Shown: positions 38,676 through 51,514, counted from the stretch's first letter. The stretch: DNA of 64,000 nucleotides from Sminthopsis crassicaudata (GCF_048593235.1 NC_133617.1:78514937-78578936), one strand, 5' to 3'. The notes: generated by a model not told the origin, from the sequence alone. Numbers and translations are program-made.

Positions 38676-39257
38676 TGTTATGCCACAGTCTCCTTGAGCT
38701 GATCTACCTCAGTTTCCCTGCACTAGTTTCCCTCATTGTCCTGACTGAGTTTCCCTGAATTGTTCTATCTCAGTTTCCTTAACTGTTCTGCCTCAGTCCC
38801 CTAAGTCATAAATCCCCCTTGGTTCATTAAGACTGAGGACCATTTGCTCTAAGGTTATAAATTGTCAATGGGAGATGAGGAGCAGATCAGACTTCCTGAC
38901 TCCTAGCTCCTTCTGCCCCCAAGAATTTATGACACTGCCCCTCTAAAATATTCCAAAAGATAAGACTATCTCTGATACTTCACTGACATCTTTATTTCTG
39001 TTATTCAAACATTCTGACTCTGGCTTTTAGTAAAAATTTACAACTCCCCCCCCCCCCCCCCATCCTGAAAAGGCTTCTAATTTTCCCGCTCTTTTTCCTT
39101 TCCTTTGTCTGAAGAGCTATAAAAGTGTTTATCATTCCCCCATTCATTACTGGATACTTTGAGATGAGAGTCCTGTCCAGTCAATTAAACTCTCCAATTA
39201 ATAAAATATTTTAAAAACTCTCTAATCTCTATCTTGCCTCAGTTGCCCGGCATTACA
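38676..39257 (+). mobile_element. ERV solo LTR (ERV1-like)
   Basis: TG...CA termini, TATAAAA at ~39118, AATAAA at ~39200, U3 tandem repeats, possible 4-bp TSD ctca/ttca. 5' boundary less certain. Confidence 0.75.
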
Positions 39258-39789
39258 TTCAAAGGAATGGGATTAGACTTGCTCTACTTGGCCTTAAAAG
39301 GCAAAACTAATATCAATATGGGGAAGTTATGGGGAGCCAGAGTGTGTGTAATTTAAAAAAACACAAAAACAAAACACTGTATTGGGAGGCAAAGAATCTG
39401 GATTCAAGACCCAGTTCAGTTATTTAACTTATCTATACCACCATAGGAAATTCACTTCATTTCTCAAAACCTGTTTCCTTATCTGAAAAATGAGGATAGT
39501 ATTTACACCACTTATCACACAGGTAGTTGTGAGGATCAAATTAAGTACTGTTATACAAAGTACATATCTTGACATTCACAGATATAAAGCTTGTAATCTC
39601 TTCCTACCTCAAGCATATTTACCCCAGATGCTAACTTCCTAATTATAGGAATATATATATATATATCAGAATATCAGACCGTTTTTTGACTTTGCCTTGG
39701 TATCCCCAGTGAGTTAATTGTGTATGGTAGTCATTCGTAAATGTCTTTTGAATTGTATTCACCTTGTTCCTCATTCTGACTTCTTCATT

Positions 39790-40630
39790 CTAACATGGGC
39801 ACAAATTCTCATAGGATATTAGAGATGGTAGTGAAATCTATGGGTCACCACTGATGAAGTTACCAAAAGAGAGATTGTAAAGGGATGAAAGGGCCCATTA
39901 TTAGGGAACGTGGGATAGATGATGACCCAGTGCAGGAGCTGAGAAGAGGAAGAGCCAGGTCGGTTTGAAGAGATCAGGAGAAGTGGAATCCCCAAAAAAG
40001 AGAATTTCCAAGAGGACACTGTGGTCAGTATTCTCAAATGAAGCATGTAGTTCATGAAGAATAAAGCTTGAGAAAAACCACCTTATCGAGTAATTAGAAT
40101 ATTTCAGTTGAAGGTGAGATTGGAAACCATATTATACATAGTTCAAAAATGAGAGGAAGTAGAGGCGATAAGCATAGATAGCTTTTTTTTCCAGGAATTT
40201 GGCTTAAAAGAATAATAAAAAATGATAGTGTGAAGGAATGCTAGGGCTCAATAAAGGTTTCTTAAGTGTAGCAGAGCCTTGGACAGGTTTTAGGGAATCA
40301 GAGAAGGAACCAAAAGATAAGGAAAGGCTAAAGATTAGAATAGAGTGAAACGATTGAAGGGAACTGTCTGCTATCAGAGATGGACAAGAGCTGGGTAAAT
40401 GGAGAGACCTCCTTTTTTCCTCTTCATCTCAAACCCTCTTGACATTATTTTTCACTCTCCTTCTTTTCCTTGGTATGAAAGAGTAGAATAAAAGAGGAGA
40501 GAGTGAGGGATGATGTCAAAAGGTTTTAAGATGAATAGAAGGGGGCATGAGAAGGAAGTTGCATCTTAAAGGCCTCAGTTTTCTCAATAAAGTTAGAAAT
40601 AAGGTCCTCAGTTTAGAAAGTGAAATTTAG
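39790..40630 (-). mobile_element. L2 fragment
   Basis: Purine-rich antisense L2 phrases (gatgaagttaccaaaagagagattgtaaagggatgaaagggccc). Similar L2 pieces at ~29575-30050, ~41450-42040 and ~42960-45097. Confidence 0.6.
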
Positions 40631-40854
40631 GAAAAGGGGTATACAGATTTATTAAGTTCTAGATGCCAGGTACTGGGCAAAGTGCTTTACAAATACTTCA
40701 TTTGATCCTCACAATCCTGGAAGCAGGTGCTATTGTTATTCCTACTTTATAGTTGAGGAAACTGAGGCAGACAAACTAAGTGGCTTAGCCATAGTCATAC
40801 AACTAGTCCATAATAGATCTTCCTGACTCCAGTCCCATGCTCTAACCTGTAAGT

Positions 40855-41435
40855 CAGTGGTCCTCTATAACATGCTGTTGTCTCCAGAAGCTGCCGATCG
40901 CTCTCTGAGAGGAGATCTGCTGTGTCAACTCAAATCTCTCTGACAGATTCTTCTTCCTGTAGAGAACTGTTGTCTCCAGACAGTTGCCATTAACTCTGGT
41001 CCAGAGAAGTGATTTCCCTTCCTGCAGAAAGCTGCCTCAAGTTTGGTCTAGAGCAGAGACTCCCTTTTCCTCCAGAGCTGCCCTCTTTTATCCTTCTAGA
41101 GAATGGGCGTGGGATAATGCAAGGGCTTCTGGGAAAAATTACTTCAACCAATGAACTTGCTCCTCCTAAGCATACAAGCTTTTCCCCAGGAATTCACAGA
41201 AGTAAAACTTCCAGGAAAGGCCAGACCTAGAAAATTGTTAAGTACTGACTTAGCACTTAGTAAAAACCTAACAGTCCTCAAACTTTTTAAGTAGGGGGCC
41301 AGTTCACTGTCCCTCAGACTGTTAGAGGGCTGGACTATAGTAAAAACAAAAGCTCACACTGTCTCCGCCCCTCAGCCCATTTGCCATAACCAGAGGGCTG
41401 CATCTGTCCCGAGGGCAGTAGCTTGAGAACCCCTT
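40855..41435. mobile_element. Second OC1-type MITE, split by an LTR
   Basis: cagtggtcctc (40855-40865) continues at 41280 as aaactttttaagtagggggcc...gcttgagaacccctt. TSD ctgtaagt / ctctaagt. About 94% identical to the 32572 copy over the first ~115 bp (hand count). Confidence 0.85.
40866..41273 (-). mobile_element. ERV solo LTR (ERV2-like, 6-bp TSD)
   Basis: Exact TSD gtcctc at 40860-40865 and 41274-41279. End aacctaaca (TG on minus). Minus-strand TATA-like ggataaaagag. Terminal segment shared with the 57.2 kb LTR. Confidence 0.85.
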
Positions 41436-44400
41436 CTCTAAGTCATTTATCTCCCTCTGAACAAGAGTTGTTATTTATTGAATCATGTGGGGAATCACTT
41501 AGGGAGGAAAAAAAGGATTGACTTGAACCAGAAGAACTCAATTGAAGTGGGAGAAGAACATCAATTTGTAGTATACTCCCACTTAGCAGATTTATCATAA
41601 CAGTAAGGAGGAGGATATTGGAAATAATCCAGGGCTGAAATTTGCAAGGAGTAAGGAACAGTAGGATAGAGTCCTAGGGATTTGAGAGTGGAGTACAGTA
41701 TGAAATTGAATTGGTAGAGATTGGGTCAAAATTCAGAAGTGAGAGGTAAGTGAGAAGTAAGGTAAGTGAATTCTTCACTTGACCTTGAGAGCAAGGATGA
41801 TGGCCTGAGAAGATATTGAGGGATGTAAGGAATGGAGATCACAATGAGGGAAAAGAATAAATTTTAAATGGGTGAGAAGAGATAGAATGATAGGTGGTTA
41901 TGGTTAGACAGAGGAACATCATAGTTTTGATCAAGGAAATGGAACACTTGTAAAATACAGGAGAGAAAGAGTTTCCTCATATTGGAGTAGTAGCAGGTAG
42001 CAGATTAATTTTAATGACCACAATCTTGTAGTATTGTTGTCCTCTCTAGGCAATATTTGCTGGACCTTAATCACACTATGACTTAGTCATCATCCATCCT
42101 GATGGGTGAGATGGATGATAAGATACCCAAGATAGTAAGTAAAGGGGCTATATATTCTTCCAGTTTGCAAATCCTTTTTATTCTCTCTCCAGGATTGCTC
42201 TCTCCTTTTTTTCTCTGTTGCCACTCTAAATGGAAGCTCCTATTACCAATCAGAGAAACTGCTACAACACCATCCCAACAGGTTTCCCTCTTTTCACATT
42301 CTTCTTTCACTCTATCCTTTTTACTATTGCTAGATTAATATTCATAAATAAATCTTGTCACTCTTCTCTACTTACAACCCATCAATGGCTTCTTGTTGCC
42401 TAATAATTAAAGTTTTGAATAAAATTCCTTACCTTACTATTGAAAAATCAGTAAAATATAATTTTTCTAGTTATATCTTACATAACTGCTTTTCATTTTG
42501 ATTATGCTTTCACTACCTCCTTATGTACCTTTCATTACCCAATATGTTATGTCATCTCATATAATAATATGTGTGCACACATATATGCACATGTGTGTGT
42601 GAATATATACCTATATACACATCTACCATCAGCCTCCTGGAGAACTGTGCAGGGTTAGGATATAGCTTTGTTCTTTTCATCTGCCTCAAATTATTTTGTT
42701 ATGCTTCTTTCTTTTGGTTAACTTTTGTAATCCCTAGTAACTTGTGCTTTGTGCATAGGGAGGGGGCCCTTAAATTAGTTTAATTGGATGAAACATTTAT
42801 AAATCTTGAGGTTTGATATAGACAGTTTCAGAGAGGTTGTGATTTCACTTTGTAATTGAAACTGGTTAAAATGTGCTGCAGTTAAGGTTACAGATAAAAT
42901 TTTGTTCTTCATCATAGCCATTAAGATTTAGATTGAGAAAATTTAAGTAAATCAGTCAGGTAAATGGTCGGAATTTATTAGTAACTACTCTGTGCCAGTC
43001 ACCATGCTTAGCACAAGGAATACCAAAGAATAAGAGACAATTCTTGCCTTTAAGGAGTTCTCAATCAAAAGGAGAAGACAATAAGGGGACACACACATAC
43101 GCACGCACACACAATAAATAGGAAATAATAAAAGAAAGAAGTCACTAGAATTCAGAGGAGTTGGGAAAGTCTTCCTGTAGAAGATTAGACTTTGATTTGG
43201 ACTTGAAGAAAGTCAGGGAATGAAATCATTGGAGATGAGGAGAAAGTGTTTCAGGCCTGGGGGACAGCCAAGTGTCTAGTTTGGGTAATAGCAAGGAGGC
43301 CAGTGTCACTGGATTGAAGAAGACTGGAAAAGCAGGAAAAGGATGTTATAAAGGATTTTGAAGTTTTTGTACTTGATCTTGAACGTGAGAGGGAGCCTCC
43401 AAAGTTTATCAAATAAGGTTGGACTTGAACTTTAGGGAACATCACTTTGTCCCTTGAAATGGAGGGAGAGACTTGGGGCAGGCAGACCCACCAGCCTGCT
43501 GACTGCAGTAGTCTAGGTGTGAGGGAAGGAATCCTGCACCAGAGTGGTGGCTGTGTCAGAGCGGGAGAGATGAATGCCAAACAAGGAAAAATCAGTGTGA
43601 CAACTAATGGAAGAATAGGTTCTTGTGAGGAGGGATTTTCAACATTGGAAGCCTTCGTTTGGGGAATGACAAAGAGATGGGAAACCAGAGTTGAGAGATT
43701 CAGACCTCAGGCCCATTTATTAGTCTAGTTTGGACTGGTCTGAATAAGATTTTTTTTTTTTTTTTTTTTTATTGATAGATAAAGATTTTATGGATCATCT
43801 AGATCCAACCTCTTGACCTGTGAAATAAAGCAGAATCTCTGAACTAAAAAATTAATCAGGCAACCAATATTTATCATGCCAGGCATCATGCTTGATGCTG
43901 GGAATACAAAGAAGGGGGAAAAAGGCAGTCCCTGTTTTCAAGGAGTAACAATCTAATGGAGGAAACTGACAGGCAAGCCGATAGGTACAAAGAAGATAGG
44001 GACTGGATAACCTGGAGCTACTCTTAAAGGGAGTGTCCCAGCAGGAAGCAGAATCAGTATAGATTTCTTGCAGAAGAGGATTTTAGCTCAGGATTGAAAG
44101 CAGCCAGAGAAGCCAGGAGGGGGAGAAAAGGTGGGACTTCAGTCTAGAGATAGTGGACCGCAGCCAAAATGTTCAGTCAGGAGATGAAGTGTCTTGATTG
44201 TGGAACAGAAGCAAGGCCAGATTATAAAGTGAGTGGAGACTGTAGAGTAGAAAGGAGGAAGGGACAAGATTGTAAATGGCTTTGCAAGCCAGATCATTTT
44301 ATATTTGATCTTAAGAGGTAACTTGGAACCACTAGAGTATTTTGAATAAGAGGTAGAAATTGTATTTTGAAAATATCATTTTGATAACTGAGTAAAAAAT

Positions 44401-44545
44401 GGACTGGAATGAAAGAGAAACTAATCAGGAGTGTCTTTTAGTACAGGCACAAGGTGATACAGGCCTGTACCTAGGTAGTGTCTGTATTGTCTGTATGAAA
44501 GGTAGGTGGGATGGAACATGTATGTGTAAGATATGGCAAGGAAAG

Positions 44546-44550
<5 letters not shown>

Positions 44551-44590
<40 letters not shown>
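44551..44590. repeat. (TG)20 microsatellite
   Basis: Read directly from the sequence. Confidence 0.98.
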
Positions 44591-44591
<1 letters not shown>

Positions 44592-45112
44592 TCATAGAAA
44601 GGTAGAAATGATAGACCTTGACAATAGATTGAATTGGGCAACGAGGAGAGAAGCAGTTAAGAAGTAACAGGTTGAGATTGACATATAGGTTGTGAGCCTG
44701 AATAACTGGGAGAGTAGTATACCCTGGGAAAAGAGAATTTGAAGAGAAAGATAATGAGTTTAGTTTAAAACATATTGAATTTAACATGGAATATCCATTT
44801 GGATATCTCCAATAGGTAGCTGAGCAGATTTTAGGACTTAATAAGTAATTTCAAGAATCTTCGATATAAAGAAAATAATGTGATAGCTGATGAGATTTGA
44901 GGGAGCCTAAAACAGACCTCTCTGTGACCCCCCCCCCCAATAAGAAGTGACATATGATCTGGATAAAGATCCATCAAGGAAACTGAGTGGTAGTCAGATA
45001 TATGAGAAGAAAACCAGGACAAAATAGTGTCCTGAAAACTTAGACATAAGAGGATCAAAGGGAAAAAAGATTGTGTCAGAGGTTATAGAGATTTAGAGGG
45101 ACATTGGATTTT

Positions 45113-45950
45113 TTTTTTTATAATATTATCCCTTGTATTCATTTTTCCAAATTATCCCCCCCTCCCTCCACTCCCTCCCCCTGATGACAGGTAATCCCAT
45201 ACATTTTACATGTGTTAAAATATAACCTAGATACAGTATATGTGTGTAAATACCATTTTCTTGTTGCACATTAAGTATTAGATTCTGAAGGTATAAGTAA
45301 CCTGGGTAGATAGACAGTAGTGCTAACAATTTACATTCACTTCCCAGTGTTTCTTCTCTGGGTGTAGTTGTTTCTGTCTATCATTGATCAACTGGAAGTG
45401 AGTTGGATCTTCTTTATGTTGAAGATTTCCACTTCCATCAGAATACATCCTCATACAGTATTGTTGTTGAAGTGTACAGTGATCTTCTGGTTCTGCTCAT
45501 TTCACTCAGCAACAGTTGATTTAAGTCTCTCCAACCCTCTCTGTATTCCTCCTGCTGGTCATTTCTTACAGAGCAATAATATTCCATAACCTTCATATAC
45601 CACAATTTACCCAACCATTCTCCAGTTGATGGACATCCATTCATCTTCCAGTTTCTAGCCATTACGAAAAGGGCTGCCATAAACATTTTGGCACATACAG
45701 GTCCCTTTCCGCTCTTTAGTATTCCCTTGGGATATAATCCCAATAGCAGCAATGATGGGTCAAAGGGTATGCACAGCCCGATAATTTTTTGGGCATAGTT
45801 CCAAATTGCTCTCCAGAATGGCTGGATTCTTTCACAGCTCCACCAACAATGTATTAGTGTCCCAGTTTTCCCACATCCCCTCCAACATTCGTCATTATTT
45901 GTTCCTGTCATCTTAGCCAATCTGACAGGTGTGTAGTGGTATCTCAGAGT
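45113..45950 (-). mobile_element. 5'-truncated young L1, subfamily A
   Basis: Open 160-aa ORF2p C-terminus (45438-45920) with [18 protein letters not shown]; 15-bp TSD gggacattggatttt at 45098-45112 and 45951-45965. Confidence 0.97.
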
Positions 45951-46119
45951 GGGACATTGGATTTTAATAGGAATTATAATAACAGCTGCTTTTTATTTTA
46001 TCTTATTACATATACACAGGAGATCAGTGCAGCACTTTAACCTTGAGCTGACGATACTAGTTAGGACTCTCCCAAATTACTGACATTTAATAAGTTAAAG
46101 TGCTTTCTATTTAGGAGCA

Positions 46120-46690
46120 GCATGCCACTGTTGGATCTGTATCCCAAGGAAATCATAAAAGAGAGAAAAGGACCCACATGTGCAAAAATGTTTGTAGCAG
46201 CCCTTTTTTGTTATAGCAAAGAATTGAAAAATGAATAGATGCTCATCAATTGGGGAATAGCTGAAAAAAATGATATAATAAAAAATATTATTGTTCTATA
46301 GAAAATGATGAAATTTTTAATTTTAGAAAGCTTATTTTAGAAAAGCCTGGAAAGATTTGCAGGAACTGATGCAGAGTGAAAGAAACAGAATCAGGAGTAT
46401 ATTGCACACAGAAATAGCAAGACTCTGCAGAGATAAATTATAAAAGATTTGATTCTCCTTAGCTATTCAATGATCAAAGGCAATCCCAATAAACTTTGTT
46501 TGCAAAATATTATCCGCTTCCAGAGAGAGAAATATAGAGTGTGAATAAATAACAATACGTGCTATGTTCACCTTTTTTTTTTTCTTTTTAATTTTTTTTC
46601 CTCTCCTGGCTTTTTCCTTTTGTTCTTGTTTTTCTTTCTCATAAGGAAATGTGTTGTTGTTTTTGTTGTTGTTGTTGTTGTTTTTTTAAT
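46120..46690 (+). mobile_element. Older L1 3' fragment (target of the 46699 L1)
   Basis: ctgttggatctgtatcccaaggaaatcataaaagagagaaaaggacccacatgtgcaaaaatgtttgtagcagccc is a diverged ORF2 C-terminus; its tail resumes at ~47760. Confidence 0.8.
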
Positions 46691-46698
46691 GAATTTAC

Positions 46699-47750
46699 TG
46701 GTCAAAGGATATGAACAGACAGTTTTCAGATGATGAAATTGAAACTATTTCCACTGAAATTTCATATGAAATATTTCATATTTCCATATTGAAAGAGTGT
46801 TCCAAATCACTATTGATCAGAAAAATGCAAATTAAGACAGCTCTGAGATACCACTACACACCTGTCAGATTGGCTAAGATGACAGGAACAAATAATGATG
46901 AATGTTGGAGGGGATGTGGGGAAAACGAGACCCTTATGCATTGTTTGATGGAGTTGTGAAAAAATACAACCATTCTGGAGAGCAATTTGGAACTATCCTC
47001 AAAAAGTTATCAAAATGTGCATACCCTTTGACCCAGCATTGCTGCTATTGGGCTTATATCCCAAAGAAATATTAAAGAGGAGAAAGGGACCTGTATGTGC
47101 CAAAATGTTTGTGGCAGCTCTTTTCGTAGTGGCTAGAAACTGGAAAATGAATGGATGTCCATCAATTGGAGAATGGTTGGGTAAATTGTGGTATATGAAT
47201 GTTATGGAATATTATTGTTGTGTAAGAAATGACCAACAGGAGGAATACAGAGAGGCTTGGAGAGACTTACATCAACTGATGCTGAGTGAAACAAGCAGAA
47301 CTAGGAGATCATTATACACTTCAACAACAATACTGTATGAAGATGTATTCTGATGAAACTGAATATCTTCGACAAAGAGAAGATCTTATTCAGTTCCAAA
47401 TGATCAATGATGGACAGAATTCTACACCCGAAGGAACACTGGGAAATGAGTGTAAACTGTTTGCATTTTTGTTTTTCTTCCTAGGTTATTTTTACCTTTT
47501 GAATCCAATTCTCTCTGTGCAACAAGAGAACTGTTCGGTTCTGCACACATAAATTGTATTTAGGATATACTATAACATATTTAACATGTATAAGACTACC
47601 TATCATCTAGGGAAGGGGGTGGAGGGAGAGAGGGAAGGGAAAAGTCAGAAGGTGAGTGCAAGGGATAATGTTGTAAAAAAAATTATGCAGGCATATGTTC
47701 TGTCAATAAAAAGTTATAATTTAAAAAAAATAAAAATAAAAAATAAAAAC
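46699..47750 (+). mobile_element. 5'-truncated L1, subfamily B
   Basis: ORFs 46711-46959 and 47015-47353 are L1 ORF2p; A-rich tail; 9-bp TSD tgaatttac at 46690-46698 and 47751-47759. Confidence 0.95.
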
Positions 47751-48829
47751 TGAATTTACAAGCAGAAAAAAAAATTAAAAATAAAATAAAAATTGGGAGC
47801 AACCAACACAGAGAAAATTTCCAGGCCTCTCCCTTGGGGCAAGCTAAGAGCTCTATTTCTTTGAGCTATAGAAATTCATCTTTCCAAGTAGGCAACTGTC
47901 CTGTGGGGAAAGAGTTAGTTCCAAAGTGCTTAGTAAACACAAACATCAAAGGGAATGGAACGTGGAACGTTTCTTATGGATTTCAAAGTGAAGGTTGAGA
48001 AAAAGGCCACTAGATTTGATAATTGAGATCATTAGCAACACTGATTAGTATGAAACAGAAGCCAGAGTAAAGAGTTAGAAGAAAAAATTCCTATTGTAGA
48101 TAGTCTTCAAGCAGTTTAACTACAAAAGGGAGTAAAGGGCTATTCTCCCTCTTCTCTCCCCAGTAAAAGTAATTTCATTTATACTATGTTTTTATCACTT
48201 TCTCCTTTGTATCCTAGATGTTTGCTTATTAGATTGTAAACTGTTTGAGAACAGGTCTCTAGATCATGTTTCCCCTTGAATCTAGAGCCAAGCCGCAGGA
48301 CTGTGCATAGAGTAGGTGCTTAATATTTGTATTGAATTAGCAGTAGTCTGGGGATCAAAGGACCTCTATGTTCTAGTCTTGGCTTCAACACTTATTAATT
48401 GTATGACTTAACCATTTCAAACTGCAGTTTTTCCATTTATCAAATGGGCATAACATTTTCAGCTCTCTATTCTGCACTCAGATTTAGAGAAGTTCCAATC
48501 AGAAAGTAAATGTGAAAGCACTTCTAAGTTATAAAGTGCTTTAGAAAGCATTTGAAAAACTTTCTTGATCATTCCCAAAAGGAAATGGGTAGGTGTGGGT
48601 TAGCTAAATAGTTAAGTAAATAAGGTAAATTATAAATAGTATATTTAGATGATCATATCATGTGGGGTGAACTTAGATTGTTATGAATGACTCTAATGCA
48701 TTTTTCTAGCCCAGGATCTTAGAGTCTTGGGTTTTTGGGTATTTGTTTAACATTCTAATCAGTGACTTAGATTAAAGCACAGCATATATAGGAATTTGTC
48801 TGGTTTGTAGGTGATAGGAAGCTATCTAG

Positions 48830-49470
48830 AGTAATTCACAGATTACTCGGTTGAACGGTCATCAAAGATCTCAATGCTCTAGAACAATAGACTAAATTTA
48901 CTCATTTAAATTTTAATTAAAATTTAATAAGTTAAAGTAGATGTGACTGCACAACATCTGTGAAAAATATCTGGGTTTCACAAGATCATAAGCTCCATGT
49001 GAGCCAGAAGTATGACACGGCAGTCAAAAAGGCTTATGACGACTTAGTCTGCCTTAAAGAACCATAGTATTCATTTTTCTATGCCACATTTTAGAAACAA
49101 CATTAACATTGCCTACAGAAGATGAACTGAAAGTGAAGAGGATTGGTTGAAGAAACTTGGGATAGTTAGCCCAGAAAAGAAAAGACTCAGGACATGAAAG
49201 CAGTCTTCATATTTCTGAAGGATTGTCAAGTGAAAAATGGATTAGACTTATCATCCCCTACAGAGAAGAGATAGAAGCAATGGATGGGAGTTATAGAATA
49301 GATTTAGGCTTGCTAAAAACAAAATCTTCCTATCAGTTAGAGGTAAACAAAGGTGGAACGGATCCCCTTATTTCACAGAGGTCTTCGAGTATAGAGGTTG
49401 TAGTGGGCATCTTTGTTCAAGAAAGGTTTGGACTAGATCTTTGAATCCCCTTCCAACTCTGAGATTCTGT
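48830..49470 (+). mobile_element. L3/CR1 LINE 3' fragment
   Basis: atctgggtttcacaagatcataagctccatgtgagccagaagtatgacacggcagtcaaaaaggc is a CR1-type ORF2 end. Further L3-like pieces at ~16880-17260, ~27210-27620, ~56050-56230 and ~61310-61640. Confidence 0.75.
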
Positions 49471-49795
49471 GAAACTAAAGTATCATGCAAATGTAAAATA
49501 TGATAAATTCCAAATGGTTCTTCACAAGGCCTGAACATCCACAGAAACAATTCACTGAACATTTATCAAATGCCTCCCGTGTGAAAGGCTCTGTGCTCTA
49601 CCACGGTAGGGGAGAGTGTGGAAGATATAAAACGGAAAATGTGTCCATGAGACTACCATCTTACCTGTCTGAAATACAGTACTGCCAACACTGTTAAAGG
49701 GCAAGGTGAAGGTGGGTGAGGTTAGAAAACTCATTAATGTGTGCAGCCCCCTGGAAGGGTGACTGGCGCTCTCTCCTCTTTCCCTGATTCCCCAG

Positions 49796-49957
49796 GAAGT
49801 CTGTGTGGTAGCAATCTGTCAGCGTTTCCATTCTAAATCTCCACTTAAGCAGTTTAAAGGGACACTGTCACGGTTTGGAGGCTCCAAACTTGACCTACTT
49901 GAGAAGCGCCTGCATGAAGCCAGCTTCCCCTTCTGGATGTATCAGTTCTTCTGCTGA
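49796..49957 (+). other. Possible terminal coding exon, product unknown
   Basis: Strong acceptor ctctcctctttccctgattccccag followed by 53 sense codons (EVCVVAICQRFHSKSPLKQFKGTLSRFGGSKLDLLEKRLHEASFPFWMYQFFC*). No homology recognised and no upstream exon identified. Confidence 0.2.
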
Positions 49958-51116
49958 CAGCTGCAATCCTGGGGAGGTGGCTGGGAGCTTCAGGGAGATT
50001 GTGCTCCACTTCCCCAAAACTGCTTCTTTGCGGTTGTTTCATACGGGGATGAAGATAGTCATTTTAGACTTCCTATTGACTTGGCCGTCAGACATGGAGG
50101 CCTTTTTATCATAAGCCTGGTTGACTCCTGCTGTTGAAGCTCCCTGTCTTCTTGTCAGATTATTATTAACAGATCTTACAACAGCTATCAAGTATGGGAA
50201 TCTTTCTGGGGGCTCCTCCCCTTTATCTCCTTCTCAGCCTTTTTGAATCTCTGAGCCTTTCTGGCTGTAGTCCACTGGTCTTAGATTTCCATGTAGAGCT
50301 CTCTCAGGGATAACGTGGCTTATTTCGGCCTTGCTCTGTCCCCAGGTTGCTGTTTCCAGTTTTCCTCCATTTCCGTGAAGAAGGCCACTGTTTGTAGAGT
50401 GCATCAAGATTTACAGAACACTTTTCCACATCAAGCCTGTGAGAGGGCTGCTATCCAGGAAGTATACAGTATAAGTGTTTCAGTACCCCTTTTACAGATG
50501 AGATGAAAGGGCTCAAGGAAATAGTTACTTGCCCATTTTCTCACAATCAGGATTTCAGTGCATGACAGTTCTTTGGATGTCAGCTAGTCAGACCTTACAG
50601 AACACTTTACAAAAAAGGAAACAGGTTCAAGGAAAAGAAGAGATTTAGTCCAGAGTCACATTTGACTCTTCTTACTTATTTATTTATATGCTTATTCACC
50701 CTCTTCTTTCAAGTAGAGTGTTTCTTGAGGACAAGAACTATTCTATTTTTTTCTTTATATTCTCAGGTTCTACCTTGCACAGTACTTTGCGCATAAAGGT
50801 GAATTAAGTAATAAGTAGGAGAGCTGGGACTTAGACCCAAATTTTAGAAAGATTGAACATTTAAACCTCAAAGGCCTAAAACTGTGAAAATGGGGAGGTG
50901 TGTATGTGCACTTTAATCAGCACCTGCTTTAGTTCAGTAGAAAGACCATTTTTTCCCATCTCATTCCATCTCTCACTGATTGTCATTTCTCTGTACTGGG
51001 AAAATTTCATCCATCCAGTGGCACATACTGTCATGCCAGTATATGCAAGTGACTTAAAAGTAAATACAACATAATTTTCCTTTCCTTACCCAAACAACCC
51101 CTTTGATATTACTCAC

Positions 51117-51212
51117 CAAACCACCTGATTTTCTTTTCTTATTTGCTTAGATTCTAATTTATCATACCTTAAATTTATCTTTTTTAGAAGGACATTTTTT
51201 TTTCTTTTCATT

Positions 51213-51257
<45 letters not shown>

Positions 51258-51331
51258 GTCTTTCCCTGCTCCTTAAGGTCTCCTCTTTTGAGACATTTAG
51301 CCACTTCTGGCTCAGGTGCTGCAACACTTTG
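51117..51331 (-). other. Possible spliced exon (coding status unknown)
   Basis: On the minus strand: branch-like cctcac, pyrimidine tract cttccttcttcaagatcccattctctag, and donor TTG|gtgagt. Contains an A40 run. Confidence 0.25.
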
Positions 51332-51514
51332 CTAGAGAATGGGATCTTGAAGAAGGAAGTGAGGCATTATTTTGGAGCAAAAATTAGAAGTTAAAACCCA
51401 ACCACACTGTGTTTTCAAAGAGCTATCTCCCTTTTGAGGAATGAGAGGAATTCAGAGAGTTAGAGCAGAAAGAGACATTAAAGTTGATCAGAAATGCAAG
51501 AAATCTTAAAATAC

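Noticed and set aside
50060-50150. Olfactory-receptor TM2-like (ISLVDSCC*SS) and ankyrin-like (RLPIDLAVRHG) snippets
   Set aside because: Each is under 15 residues with no flanking family motifs; insufficient for a call.
49880-50390. Minus frame interrupted by two in-frame TGA codons, suggesting a selenoprotein or readthrough
   Set aside because: No resemblance to known selenoproteins, no SECIS recognised, and neither TGA has the UGA-CUAG readthrough context.
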